IMG/VR virus record: IMGVR_UViG_2974693523_000001
Location: 1 to 38,802 of that record
Length of the DNA stretch: 38,802 nt
Strand: one strand, 5' to 3'
DNA from: a virus
Taxonomy: Duplodnaviria > Heunggongvirae > Uroviricota > Caudoviricetes > Ackermannviridae
The position numbers were made by a program, and so were the translations under genes. Below are positions 1 to 8,926 of this stretch, piece after piece. The notes beneath the pieces were generated by a model that saw only the letters and a program-made list of their open reading frames with translations, searched no databases and was not told the origin of the DNA. Each line of letters begins with the position of its first letter. Position 1 is the first letter of the stretch.

Positions 1-3
1 CTA

Positions 4-3000
4 TCAGTAGACATTGTTGTCCATTACGATCTGATCTATCTGGCTAGCACTCAACTTACCTTCTGCGGTAAAGCTGAACCATGTGTTACCACCACCATTG
101 AATCTCACGACGGCGTAGTTGGCGAATCTAGAATATACATAAGGAGCCCCAACATTCCCAAGGTTCGTTATCTGAAGATCAAGCAACGTCTCAAACGACC
201 TACCGAAGTATAAATTGAAACTGTTTGAACCAGCATTTAACCAAGCACCATGGATTCTACATGTACCATCTGACCATATTCTAGTATAACGCCAAGTACC
301 CGCCACACCATTTAAATTTGACTCACCAACTTCATAAATTAATTTAACTGATTTTGATTCACCCGTAGTGAGTCCGAATTGAACACCAGATTTCCTATAA
401 GCCGAGTTATCACAAAGTGGTCCGCGTAAACCTTTTGTAAAATGGTTGTTTGCTGCGACCAACATTCCCCATCGAGTCGCCGGACCCGTTCCTTCACCGT
501 TAACATATAAAGGTCTAGCATTACTCGCGGGATCTATAACTTGTGTGTTGTTCCTGTACATGAATATAGACCTAGCGGCAACGTTTGGTTCCGGTGTGAA
601 CAACCAAAGTTGACTAACATTCGCGGTCGCGGTCGAATGGAACTTATTGCCAGAAATTGAAGTCTTAATCCCAGGTGAGTATTTTGAGCCGTCATAGAAC
701 AAGGTGCCACCATAAGTTATGGTTAGATCATTGTCATCATAGAAAAACTCATTTGGTATGGTTTGATTTCCATTTGGAACCTCACGATACGCATAGCCTA
801 TCTCTAGTGGTTTGTAAACGGTCATGCGTTTGTTACCAGATACATAGACGTTTGGTCTTTGACCAGTGTTGTACACTTTAGTTTTAATAGTCACCCAATC
901 TTGAGTAAATGTTCCACCCCTGTTATTACATACACTTACTAATTCACCGTGGGAAAGGTCAAATGAAGTGTCACCACCCACAGTAACCAAGTCCCTGAAA
1001 CTACCAATAAACTCATTATCCTCAATTATCAAATTTTGGAACAACTGTGATTTCTCTTCAGTGTAATGAACAAATCTTAGTGTAAAGGCTGTTCTAGGTG
1101 TTTTGGTTTTGAAGACGTTACCCTTGATAACAAAATCACCATCCTGAATAATTGGTCCACCATCCAAGTTTGCGCGAACCTCAGAATAAAGGATAAAGTT
1201 GCCAGGGTGTGTAAATTCTAAGTTGTTGTCGTAGAAGTACACGTCTGTTGAAATAGGATACCCGTCAAAGAAGGTGTATGTGTTAGGGTAAACACCTGCG
1301 AGCTGTTTGGTTGTTCCTACGTTACCAAACACATAAACTCCTCTACCGCCTTGTATCTCAGTCACCTTATCAGCATTACGATAGATGTTTCCGAACACTA
1401 GTGTCGCAGCAGGAACAATTTCTGTCCTCTGTGTGATTTTGAAAGTTGAGTGACCGTCAATATAGTTATTGGCAAATATAACGTCAGAAGCACCCGTGTT
1501 ATTACTTGTGATTTGGTTACAGTTTTTGAAGGTGCAGTTAACAATCAATACACCGAATGATGCGACTTCAGCGGCAGAAGTAGTAGACCTTGCAAATCTT
1601 ATAGCCGCGTCACCAGCGTCAGTGAAATGGCAACCGTTCACAATTGTGCGCACACTGTTACGCAGATATAAACCTTGAGAACCCCATACTGGAAGAACCG
1701 TATCCTTACCTTTCAAGAATACACCTGACAGAGTGGTATCAACACAAGTGTCTATCCAAATAGGGTACTCAGCAGAACCAGAAACTTTCTTAATTATTCC
1801 ACCAATTATATTAACGCCTGTTTTGTTAGCTATACGAAGCTCGGATCCACCATTACCTGCCAAGTACGTACCATCAACCAGAATAATATCACCGTCTTTT
1901 ACAACTTTAGAGAGCGCTCTCCAACCGTAGTTACAAGCGGCTTGATCATTACCATCAGATATAAAATCACTAACCTTCTTAGCATTGGCAAACGCATTAA
2001 CGTTATAAAAAACACCATTACCAGTACCTGACCAACCAAGCATACTTGACAAGCCTGACGCTAAACCATTCCATGATTGCAATGCAGCTCTTGAAACAGC
2101 AGTCACACCATCATGAGCACTTGTACTTTCTGTTGGTACCCATAAATATGGTTTTATTTGAGGTATTCTATCAGAGTTTGAAAAATAGTTTAGAACGTTA
2201 ATCAATGATTTATTTACGTTCTTCATTGCTGAAATACTTTTTAAATCTGGTGACGTTTTTGATAAAGGATTAAACAATGCAGCCTCAACACCACCTGCAA
2301 TAATAGCAAATGGTTCGTTAGCAAATCGTTTAATAGACGTTATCTGACCACTCACTGGTGGTTGCATAGCATAAACAGCGGTTTGTCCTGTGGTGCCGAC
2401 TGCAAGACGAACCATTGTGGTTCCAACTGGAATTTCATTCTGACCAGTAATATCAGCAACTAATTCAGGTTTTTGTGGGTAAATAACACCTTGATAAATT
2501 TCATCTCTTAGTTCTTTACCACCAGAAATTGAGCTTAATGGGTGTGCATTTTCTACATCCCTAGAACCTAATGTATTATGGGGAAATGCAGGGTTTTGAA
2601 AATTGAATTTTGTAACATCATTTAATGTAGGTAATTCAATACTTACTCTAATATGTTTAACATTACCATTATTTTGTGTTGGATCGGGTAATGTCACAAC
2701 TGAGGTTACACCCAATGCAAACAACTGATCAAAATCGTCTAAAATACCTACCTCACGTATAGTAAATCCACCTATTGTTGCAGGTATTGAAATATCAAAA
2801 TATAAAATGTTTGGTCTGTTTGTGTCTGATATTGGATTTGAACTTAATCCTTGAAATTTAACATTCTTTAAGGATGTTTCAGCACCCGTTATAATGTATG
2901 ATGACCCATTACCATCACCAACAAAAATTTTCTTTATTGTTATTTTATTGATTGCAGTGGCTGAATTCAATCGTGAATTACCAAGATTTGTAATTACACT

Positions 3001-3243
3001 TCTAGATACAATTGTTTCACCATCAACAGATGCAAGACCTAATGAATCCAGTAACTGGTTTACAAGATTTTGGTTATCAGACTCAAATTTTGATAGTGAT
3101 CTCAAAAAGAAACCGTTTTCAAGATCTATAACTTCAGAAAGTTTTATAAATCTTTCTAAAGTGTTTGCTGATGGTTTTAGTTTTTCGTTCAACAGTTCTT
3201 GTATCTGTTGAACTACCTCTGAAAGATCTGATGTACTAGACAT
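4..3243 (-). CDS. Tailspike / tail fibre: N-terminal tail-collar fibre (DUF3751-like) domain, central pectin-lyase-like right-handed beta-helix (putative polysaccharide depolymerase), short C-terminal fibre domain
   Basis: 1079 aa ORF directly downstream of the gp7-like gene. The N-terminal motif IFVGDGNG...IPATIGGFTIREVGILDD...LFA matches tail-collar fibre domains. VSDFISDGNDQAA...DGTY followed by N/G/I/V-rich stacked repeats is typical of beta-helix tailspikes. A late-promoter-like CTAAATA lies 25 nt upstream. Confidence 0.85.
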   Translation of the reverse strand: MSSTSDLSEVVQQIQELLNEKLKPSANTLERFIKLSEVIDLENGFFLRSLSKFESDNQNLVNQLLDSLGLASVDGETIVSRSVITNLGNSRLNSATAINKITIKKIFVGDGNGSSYIITGAETSLKNVKFQGLSSNPISDTNRPNILYFDISIPATIGGFTIREVGILDDFDQLFALGVTSVVTLPDPTQNNGNVKHIRVSIELPTLNDVTKFNFQNPAFPHNTLGSRDVENAHPLSSISGGKELRDEIYQGVIYPQKPELVADITGQNEIPVGTTMVRLAVGTTGQTAVYAMQPPVSGQITSIKRFANEPFAIIAGGVEAALFNPLSKTSPDLKSISAMKNVNKSLINVLNYFSNSDRIPQIKPYLWVPTESTSAHDGVTAVSRAALQSWNGLASGLSSMLGWSGTGNGVFYNVNAFANAKKVSDFISDGNDQAACNYGWRALSKVVKDGDIILVDGTYLAGNGGSELRIANKTGVNIIGGIIKKVSGSAEYPIWIDTCVDTTLSGVFLKGKDTVLPVWGSQGLYLRNSVRTIVNGCHFTDAGDAAIRFARSTTSAAEVASFGVLIVNCTFKNCNQITSNNTGASDVIFANNYIDGHSTFKITQRTEIVPAATLVFGNIYRNADKVTEIQGGRGVYVFGNVGTTKQLAGVYPNTYTFFDGYPISTDVYFYDNNLEFTHPGNFILYSEVRANLDGGPIIQDGDFVIKGNVFKTKTPRTAFTLRFVHYTEEKSQLFQNLIIEDNEFIGSFRDLVTVGGDTSFDLSHGELVSVCNNRGGTFTQDWVTIKTKVYNTGQRPNVYVSGNKRMTVYKPLEIGYAYREVPNGNQTIPNEFFYDDNDLTITYGGTLFYDGSKYSPGIKTSISGNKFHSTATANVSQLWLFTPEPNVAARSIFMYRNNTQVIDPASNARPLYVNGEGTGPATRWGMLVAANNHFTKGLRGPLCDNSAYRKSGVQFGLTTGESKSVKLIYEVGESNLNGVAGTWRYTRIWSDGTCRIHGAWLNAGSNSFNLYFGRSFETLLDLQITNLGNVGAPYVYSRFANYAVVRFNGGGNTWFSFTAEGKLSASQIDQIVMDNNVY

Positions 3244-3246
3244 TTT

Positions 3247-5172
3247 TTAATCCTCTAAGTTTTGATTATTTAGTGAATAAGGTAGTTCTTCATTTACAAA
3301 ATTATCAAACCAATTTATGTCATTAGAAACAGACTGCATCATGTAGATAAGTTTATCAACAGACACAATTATTCTTTCTTTTGAATATCCTAAAGAGTTT
3401 GGTAATTCTTCATTAATAAATTTTTCAAAAGAGTTAAAATCAGCCTCAACGTTATCAACTCCATCACCTATTTGATCTATAAGATATTCTAATCTTCTAT
3501 AGTTAGAACCCATACTTTTAGGTAGAGTTAATTTTACATATCTTACTAGGTCGTTGGCGTTTATTTCCAAAACTGTAACAAGTCTAGAAATTACTTCTAC
3601 GTTCTCACCTCTTGAGTTTACCCAGAAACCAGTAAGACCAAAATCTTCTTCAAGATCTCTCTGAAAATAAAGAACTTTAGGGTTTATTTCATACACTATT
3701 ATTTGTAGTTTTGATGCACCGTCTATTGATGTAACGTTAATATCTTCACTGTTAATAGTTTCTGGTGTATCTAAAAATATATAAGAAGATTTTTCCTCAC
3801 TAACATCAAAAACAATAAACTCCGTTGTTCCTACAGCTAATGAAATTTTACCTATAGTGTCAGCACCGTTAACATAGATCATGTATTTTGAGTTGGGTTT
3901 TAAACCCATTGTTACCCTTTGTGTGGCTTTTTCATCCAAATGATACAAGCCACATAATTGAGGAAGTTTTTTATTTTTTATACCATATGCAGGAACACCA
4001 TTACTTGATAAGTTGTTTATTCTATACTCAATAATGACTTCACCTATGGTATTCAGATGTTTAATATTGTTGATTGGAACAACACCTGATTTATCACCAT
4101 CTATTTTACTTTTTAAAAAAGAATCAACAACATATGGTTCATCACCTTTATAAACAAAGTTATAATCATGAAAATTACCATCAATTTGTAATAGATAACC
4201 GTTGTAGATCAACTGACCATCATATCGAACATTCCATAAATTTTCATTAAAGATTATCTTGTTATCTTTTATCAAAATATCATCAAATAGAGGTCCGTCT
4301 ATTGTTAGACTAATATCAAGATCTTGAAGAGTTCTTAAATAAATTTCTTCACCTTTTTCAACTGTTATCACTTCACCCAATCTGTAAAAACTATTCGGGG
4401 CTCCTGAAGGTATTAATAATGGAAAATCATATGGTCTAACAGAAGATGGTTTGTTATTTTCAATAAACAAACTAAATCCGGCAGGGTGAAAATGTTTCTT
4501 ATATATTTCATGATAAGGTTCAACTACAGGTACTAACTGCCTACCATATGCTTGTACTTGATATGAAAATTCACTATAGAAAACATCATCTCTAAGTTTT
4601 TGTCTACCATCAAGAACGGCATTATCATCCAATTTTGCAATATCAATTTTTGGGTAGTAAACATTAATCTCCCCATCATACAACCAAGAGAAAAACAGTT
4701 TTATGATTTGTTGAGAGCCAGCTATAGATTTTAAATCCTTAAAAATTCTTATGAATCTTTTTTGATCTATACCATATACACCTTTTCTTATACTATCAAA
4801 CTCAGTTTCAAAATCTCTATCTGAATTGATAGCATTTATTTCAATTTTGTTGTTTTCTTGAAAAGCAACCATTCTACCGTCATTAGTCGCTAGAATGCGC
4901 CCATCTTTTAACTTAACAACAATATTTTTCTCTGGTTTGTTTGTGAAATTTCTTTGATCTCTAAGTGTATCAACTTCATTTTTTAGGTTTCTTAATAGAT
5001 CAATATCTCTTTCGTCAGTTAGTATTTCTCTAAGTTTATTCTCCAAATCTGGGGTTAGTAATCTTACCCTATGGAGATAGTTGAAATATTCTTGAAGGAA
5101 TTCAACAAAGATTGGATATTCCTTCAAATAGTGTTTAGGTATAAACCTTTTAATATCTGGAGCGTTTATCAT
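3247..5172 (-). CDS. Baseplate wedge subunit, gp7-like
   Basis: 641 aa. N-terminal IP...EYPIFVEFLQEYFNYL, a KSIAGS..IKLFF..LY motif and HPAGF are typical of gp7-like wedge proteins. It lies directly downstream of gp6. Confidence 0.75.
   Translation of the reverse strand: MINAPDIKRFIPKHYLKEYPIFVEFLQEYFNYLHRVRLLTPDLENKLREILTDERDIDLLRNLKNEVDTLRDQRNFTNKPEKNIVVKLKDGRILATNDGRMVAFQENNKIEINAINSDRDFETEFDSIRKGVYGIDQKRFIRIFKDLKSIAGSQQIIKLFFSWLYDGEINVYYPKIDIAKLDDNAVLDGRQKLRDDVFYSEFSYQVQAYGRQLVPVVEPYHEIYKKHFHPAGFSLFIENNKPSSVRPYDFPLLIPSGAPNSFYRLGEVITVEKGEEIYLRTLQDLDISLTIDGPLFDDILIKDNKIIFNENLWNVRYDGQLIYNGYLLQIDGNFHDYNFVYKGDEPYVVDSFLKSKIDGDKSGVVPINNIKHLNTIGEVIIEYRINNLSSNGVPAYGIKNKKLPQLCGLYHLDEKATQRVTMGLKPNSKYMIYVNGADTIGKISLAVGTTEFIVFDVSEEKSSYIFLDTPETINSEDINVTSIDGASKLQIIVYEINPKVLYFQRDLEEDFGLTGFWVNSRGENVEVISRLVTVLEINANDLVRYVKLTLPKSMGSNYRRLEYLIDQIGDGVDNVEADFNSFEKFINEELPNSLGYSKERIIVSVDKLIYMMQSVSNDINWFDNFVNEELPYSLNNQNLED
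3268..3274 (-). promoter_or_regulatory. Late promoter CTAAATA for the tailspike
   Basis: Plus-strand TATTTAG, 25 nt upstream of the tailspike ATG. Confidence 0.55.
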
Positions 5173-6881
5173 TTTTCAACTCTCCTAATTTTCATTTCAA
5201 CTTTGATGTCACTTATTTCTATAATCTCGTTACGAAGAACATCAAAAATTAAATCATTATCTGAAGGGGTTGCAATTATTCTCGATTGACCCATAAAGCC
5301 ATTGGGTAGATACAAAGAACATAAACCAGTTTCATAGTTAACTTCACCCACATCAGCATTTATGATGAGATTGTTATTGGCGCTGAATAACTGTAGCTTT
5401 CCATTTAAATCCCTTGCATAGTATTCAATAGTTCCAAATCTTATACCATCAACATACACACTATCTTTTTCTATTTTTTTGTTGAATCTTATAGTTGATG
5501 TTACATTATTCAGAACGTCAAATTTTATTTCCAAATCAATTAACATTGAATTAGATACAAATGAGCGATCAGCGTCATTCACATAATTTGATAAAAACAG
5601 TGGATCAAAGTTTCTTTGAAATTTCTTAATGTTAATTGATTCCCAAGCGCGAATACTGTTTGTGACTACTGTCTTCATAGCTGATTCACTTGATGCTGTT
5701 AGTCTTGGGTCCCAGTATTGCTTAAATGCTAATCTAAGGTAAATTATTGATGGATCAACAATTATTGGTGTTATTGAACCAACATTCCTACCTTTTAGAG
5801 CGTTAACAAGATATAATTTTTCTTCATTTGTTAATTTTGCGCCGTTTTCAGGTTTTACAGAGATCATCACATAACCATTTTTCTTTGGTATGTTGTCTTC
5901 TCCACCCCAACAAGCAACATCAGAAGAAGGATAAATTTCTCTTACTATTGGCTTATATTGATTTGCAACAACAGCTAGACCACCACTACCATAAGATAAA
6001 GGTGCATTCAATTTAACACTATCTATGCTTTCTTTTTCCGAACCATTGGCTGATGGTTGTAATAGTGTGACAGTAATATCAGATGAATCACCTATTGTTG
6101 TCAGGGGTGTCACTTTTGTAATACCGTTACCATCAGAACCATCAGTTGCAAGATATTGGAGATAAATAATACCATTACTAGGTTTTTTACTTAATACACC
6201 ATCACCTAGTTCTACAATATATTTTTCATCCCTATCAATAGAAATAAAGAAAATTCTTTGATCTACACCTAAATCAAATGCGTTTCTGTAACGTGTATAT
6301 TCTTCATTACCATCAGTACCAGACACAATAGTACGAATAGTTGTAATGTCTACACGATCGTCATCAATAAGAATTTTTTGAACTCTTTGGCTGTCTATGT
6401 CTTTTGTAATTACTTTCCACGTGCCCTGTAGAAGCGTGATTGACTTAAACTGTGCAATGCCATTGACTACGGCGGTTTGATAGTCTATGCTCGGGGAGAA
6501 CGCGATTGTCTGCCCATCTTTAACACCCACAAAAACTGATGTTTTGCGCAATGTTACTTCTGATAAACTTGAATCAACCCTTACCGTAATATCAGCAAAA
6601 GTTTTTGAACAAACTACCGAATTAGAAATATAACCGTGATTATCTTGAGCAGCAGAAACAACGTTTGCTCTTATTTCAGCTGTTTTGATATATCTTTCAT
6701 TAAATGTTAAGTTTGCGTATAGTGCGCTGTCAGAAGCATGTAATGCCAACACCCTAAGAATTGATCTAATAGCAGAACCTTCATAATTATAATCACTAAA
6801 GGTATCTGTGGTCTTCATATGTTCTATCAGACCCAGTAGCTTGCCATCATAATCTGCGTCTGTAATTGCTATCTTGGACAT
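5169..6881 (-). CDS. gp6: Baseplate wedge subunit gp6
   Basis: 570 aa. FSDYNYEGSAIRSILRVLA, ERYIKTAEIRANVVSAAQ..GY, ELGDGVL, ESIDSVKLNAP and VNYETG are T4 gp6-family motifs. Confidence 0.92.
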   Translation of the reverse strand: MSKIAITDADYDGKLLGLIEHMKTTDTFSDYNYEGSAIRSILRVLALHASDSALYANLTFNERYIKTAEIRANVVSAAQDNHGYISNSVVCSKTFADITVRVDSSLSEVTLRKTSVFVGVKDGQTIAFSPSIDYQTAVVNGIAQFKSITLLQGTWKVITKDIDSQRVQKILIDDDRVDITTIRTIVSGTDGNEEYTRYRNAFDLGVDQRIFFISIDRDEKYIVELGDGVLSKKPSNGIIYLQYLATDGSDGNGITKVTPLTTIGDSSDITVTLLQPSANGSEKESIDSVKLNAPLSYGSGGLAVVANQYKPIVREIYPSSDVACWGGEDNIPKKNGYVMISVKPENGAKLTNEEKLYLVNALKGRNVGSITPIIVDPSIIYLRLAFKQYWDPRLTASSESAMKTVVTNSIRAWESINIKKFQRNFDPLFLSNYVNDADRSFVSNSMLIDLEIKFDVLNNVTSTIRFNKKIEKDSVYVDGIRFGTIEYYARDLNGKLQLFSANNNLIINADVGEVNYETGLCSLYLPNGFMGQSRIIATPSDNDLIFDVLRNEIIEISDIKVEMKIRRVEK

Positions 6882-6910
6882 GATGATTCCTCAAAATAGT
6901 TTATCTACTG

Positions 6911-6917
6911 TATTTAG
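6911..6917 (-). promoter_or_regulatory. Late promoter CTAAATA for gp6
   Basis: Plus-strand TATTTAG in the intergenic gap, about 30 nt upstream of the gp6 ATG. Confidence 0.65.
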
Positions 6918-6943
6918 CAGGTAAACTATTTTGAGAATAGGTT

Positions 6944-7693
6944 TTAAATTGCGCTTAAAAGTTTAACTCTTATTGAGGTATTTGATTGAGTTGTTTCAGC
7001 TCTTACTTCAATGTTAGGTGATGTGGCATTTGCTCTAACAGTAAATATTCTACCTTGTGGTAGATGTTCAAACTCAACACCTATGTTGGCAATACTATTT
7101 CCAGGGGTATAAGAAATAGTTACAACAGATGATTGTACTTTGTCAGCTGTTTTTCCTAAAAGATTAACCCTAATCATTCGGTATTTACCCATAGGAAATG
7201 TTCTTAAAAGTGCGTTTTGTGGTGTTTCAACGTCAATTGTCCTTTCAGCAGCTTCTTCAGGATAAAAATCACGCCATGAAGTAATTGCTTTATCATAGTA
7301 TTGGATCGTTGAATTACCATATTCGTTAACCAATAAAAGAATAACCTCATTACCCACATAATTAGAAACATCAATATTGTTCCTTTGAATAACATCAGCA
7401 ACAACACCCACAAATCTAAGAGAAAAATTTTCAAGTTTTTGAAGGAGCTCATCAGTTAAAACATTACAATTAGGAGCATCATTAATCTGCCCTACCAAAC
7501 CATTACCCTCGGTTCTTTGGCTTAGCTGTTTTAAAATTTCTGATAATGCCTTAGCGCTTATGAGTTGGTCTTCGGATCCTTCCTGCCATGTCTGAAGTAT
7601 TGCATCATTAAGAAGAACATTAGGTATTAAACGGAAAAAGTTTTCTAGTTCTTCAAGGCTAATACTAGCTTCCGCCATTCGTACATCTTTCAT
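6944..7693 (-). CDS. Putative virion structural (baseplate/fibre-associated) protein
   Basis: 249 aa ORF with an RBS (GAGG) at the head of the baseplate block and a CTAGATA late-promoter-like motif ~32 nt upstream. The C-terminal half is beta-rich. I did not recognise the family with certainty. Confidence 0.55.
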   Translation of the reverse strand: MKDVRMAEASISLEELENFFRLIPNVLLNDAILQTWQEGSEDQLISAKALSEILKQLSQRTEGNGLVGQINDAPNCNVLTDELLQKLENFSLRFVGVVADVIQRNNIDVSNYVGNEVILLLVNEYGNSTIQYYDKAITSWRDFYPEEAAERTIDVETPQNALLRTFPMGKYRMIRVNLLGKTADKVQSSVVTISYTPGNSIANIGVEFEHLPQGRIFTVRANATSPNIEVRAETTQSNTSIRVKLLSAI

Positions 7694-7724
7694 ATAAACC
7701 TCAAATTCAAAAAGTTATTTCAAG

Positions 7725-7731
7725 TATCTAG
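7725..7731 (-). promoter_or_regulatory. Late promoter variant CTAGATA
   Basis: About 32 nt upstream of the 249 aa structural gene. Confidence 0.5.
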
Positions 7732-7799
7732 TCAACGCATAAATCTTAAACAGATTTGTAAAATTGATGTAAAAGTTCGAATAAGTAATAAAAAATAAT

Positions 7800-8040
7800 T
7801 TGCTATGTCACTTTACAAAACCGCATAATTAGGGGGATTTAGGGGGGTTCCGCTTCGCTCCACCCACCCTATAATTGATTAGTAATTAGTTAATATAAAG
7901 ATATTAGTTTAATATTTTAAAAAAGTGATGGTTTATTTATTTTATAGTCGCTCCGCTCCTATAAAATAAATAAACCATCATCGCTTTGCGAGTTTGTCTG
8001 TTTCTTGTTTGAATTTTCTGTTCCTCAAGTTTACTCTAAA
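7800..8040. other. Putative replication origin / structured non-coding divergence region
   Basis: No ORF between 7693 and 8154. It holds a perfect 22 bp inverted repeat (7926-7947 / 7959-7980), a G-rich/C-rich hairpin (~7840-7871), an AT-only spacer and three GCGAAGC/GCGGAGC/GCAAAGC-type motifs on the minus strand. Confidence 0.5.
7926..7980. repeat. Perfect 22 bp inverted repeat with an 11 nt loop
   Basis: TGATGGTTTATTTATTTTATAG - tcgctccgctc - CTATAAAATAAATAAACCATCA, read directly from the sequence. Confidence 0.95.
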
Positions 8041-8055
8041 AATCAATTTAAAAAA

Positions 8056-8088
8056 ATGTTTTGTCAGTGAATTAAACAACACTATATT
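8056..8088 (+). promoter_or_regulatory. Promoter for the gp45 replication operon (TTGTCA-N16-TATATT)
   Basis: TGTTTTGTCAG-N10-AACACTATATT. The same two 11-mers with the same spacing occur upstream of gp32 on the minus strand. Confidence 0.65.
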
Positions 8089-8153
8089 GGTTAAGTCAGG
8101 GTAACCTGCTTCATTTAATTGTCATTAATTTTAAATTTCAAGAGAGTAATTTT

Positions 8154-8867
8154 ATGTCTACTAACCAAGCATCAGTATCAGTAGTTTTATCAAAAACAAC
8201 AAGACAAATTATGTCTAACTTTTCAAAAATTTCAGCATCAATGATCCTACAACCCGGGAAAATTCTTCGTGTTGCTGACATGGAAACAGGCACCGTCTTC
8301 GCGCGCTCTAAAATTGAAGAAGAATTTCCTTTTGATTTTCCAATTGTAGACATTTCACAACTTTTGTCTGTAATGGATTTAACAACAATGAAGGATTGTT
8401 CTCTTAAATTTGTTCCAGAAACAAATGAAACCCAAGCACACATCCTACTTCAAGGCTCTGGTGTTTCTGTTCGTTTTGTGGCAAGTTCATCAATGCTAGT
8501 TCAATTACCAGAAGTTGAACCTGAAGTTGAAGATAATTCACCTGACATCATTTTTGAAGCGCCAATCTCACACCAAGCACTAACAGATTTCAAATCAGCA
8601 TGCCGCACCCTCGGCCTAACCCACTGTTTATTGAAAAATGAAAATGGTCGTGCATATGTTGTAGGTCAAGACCCAACAACAGACGCATCTAACGATTATG
8701 TTCTAGATCTTGGTGAAACAAAACTTGATGATTGTGAATTGTATATTCTTCTTTCATCAATTAAGTTTATTGAAAGTGATTACATTTTCCGCGCTACTTC
8801 TGCATTCCTCTTAGGTATGACTCCTAACAAAAAAATCGAATACTTTGTTTCGGCCGAACAAATGTAA
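8154..8867 (+). CDS. gp45: DNA polymerase sliding clamp gp45
   Basis: LSKTTRQIMSNFSKISASMILQPG...FARSKIEEEFPFDFPIVDISQLLSV matches the T4 gp45 N-terminus. It precedes gp44 and gp62. Confidence 0.92.
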   Translation: MSTNQASVSVVLSKTTRQIMSNFSKISASMILQPGKILRVADMETGTVFARSKIEEEFPFDFPIVDISQLLSVMDLTTMKDCSLKFVPETNETQAHILLQGSGVSVRFVASSSMLVQLPEVEPEVEDNSPDIIFEAPISHQALTDFKSACRTLGLTHCLLKNENGRAYVVGQDPTTDASNDYVLDLGETKLDDCELYILLSSIKFIESDYIFRATSAFLLGMTPNKKIEYFVSAEQM

Positions 8868-8926
8868 TTTATTTTGTTGTGACCCCTTTTATTAGGGGTC
8901 TGTCTTAAATTTACTTTGAGGTGGTT

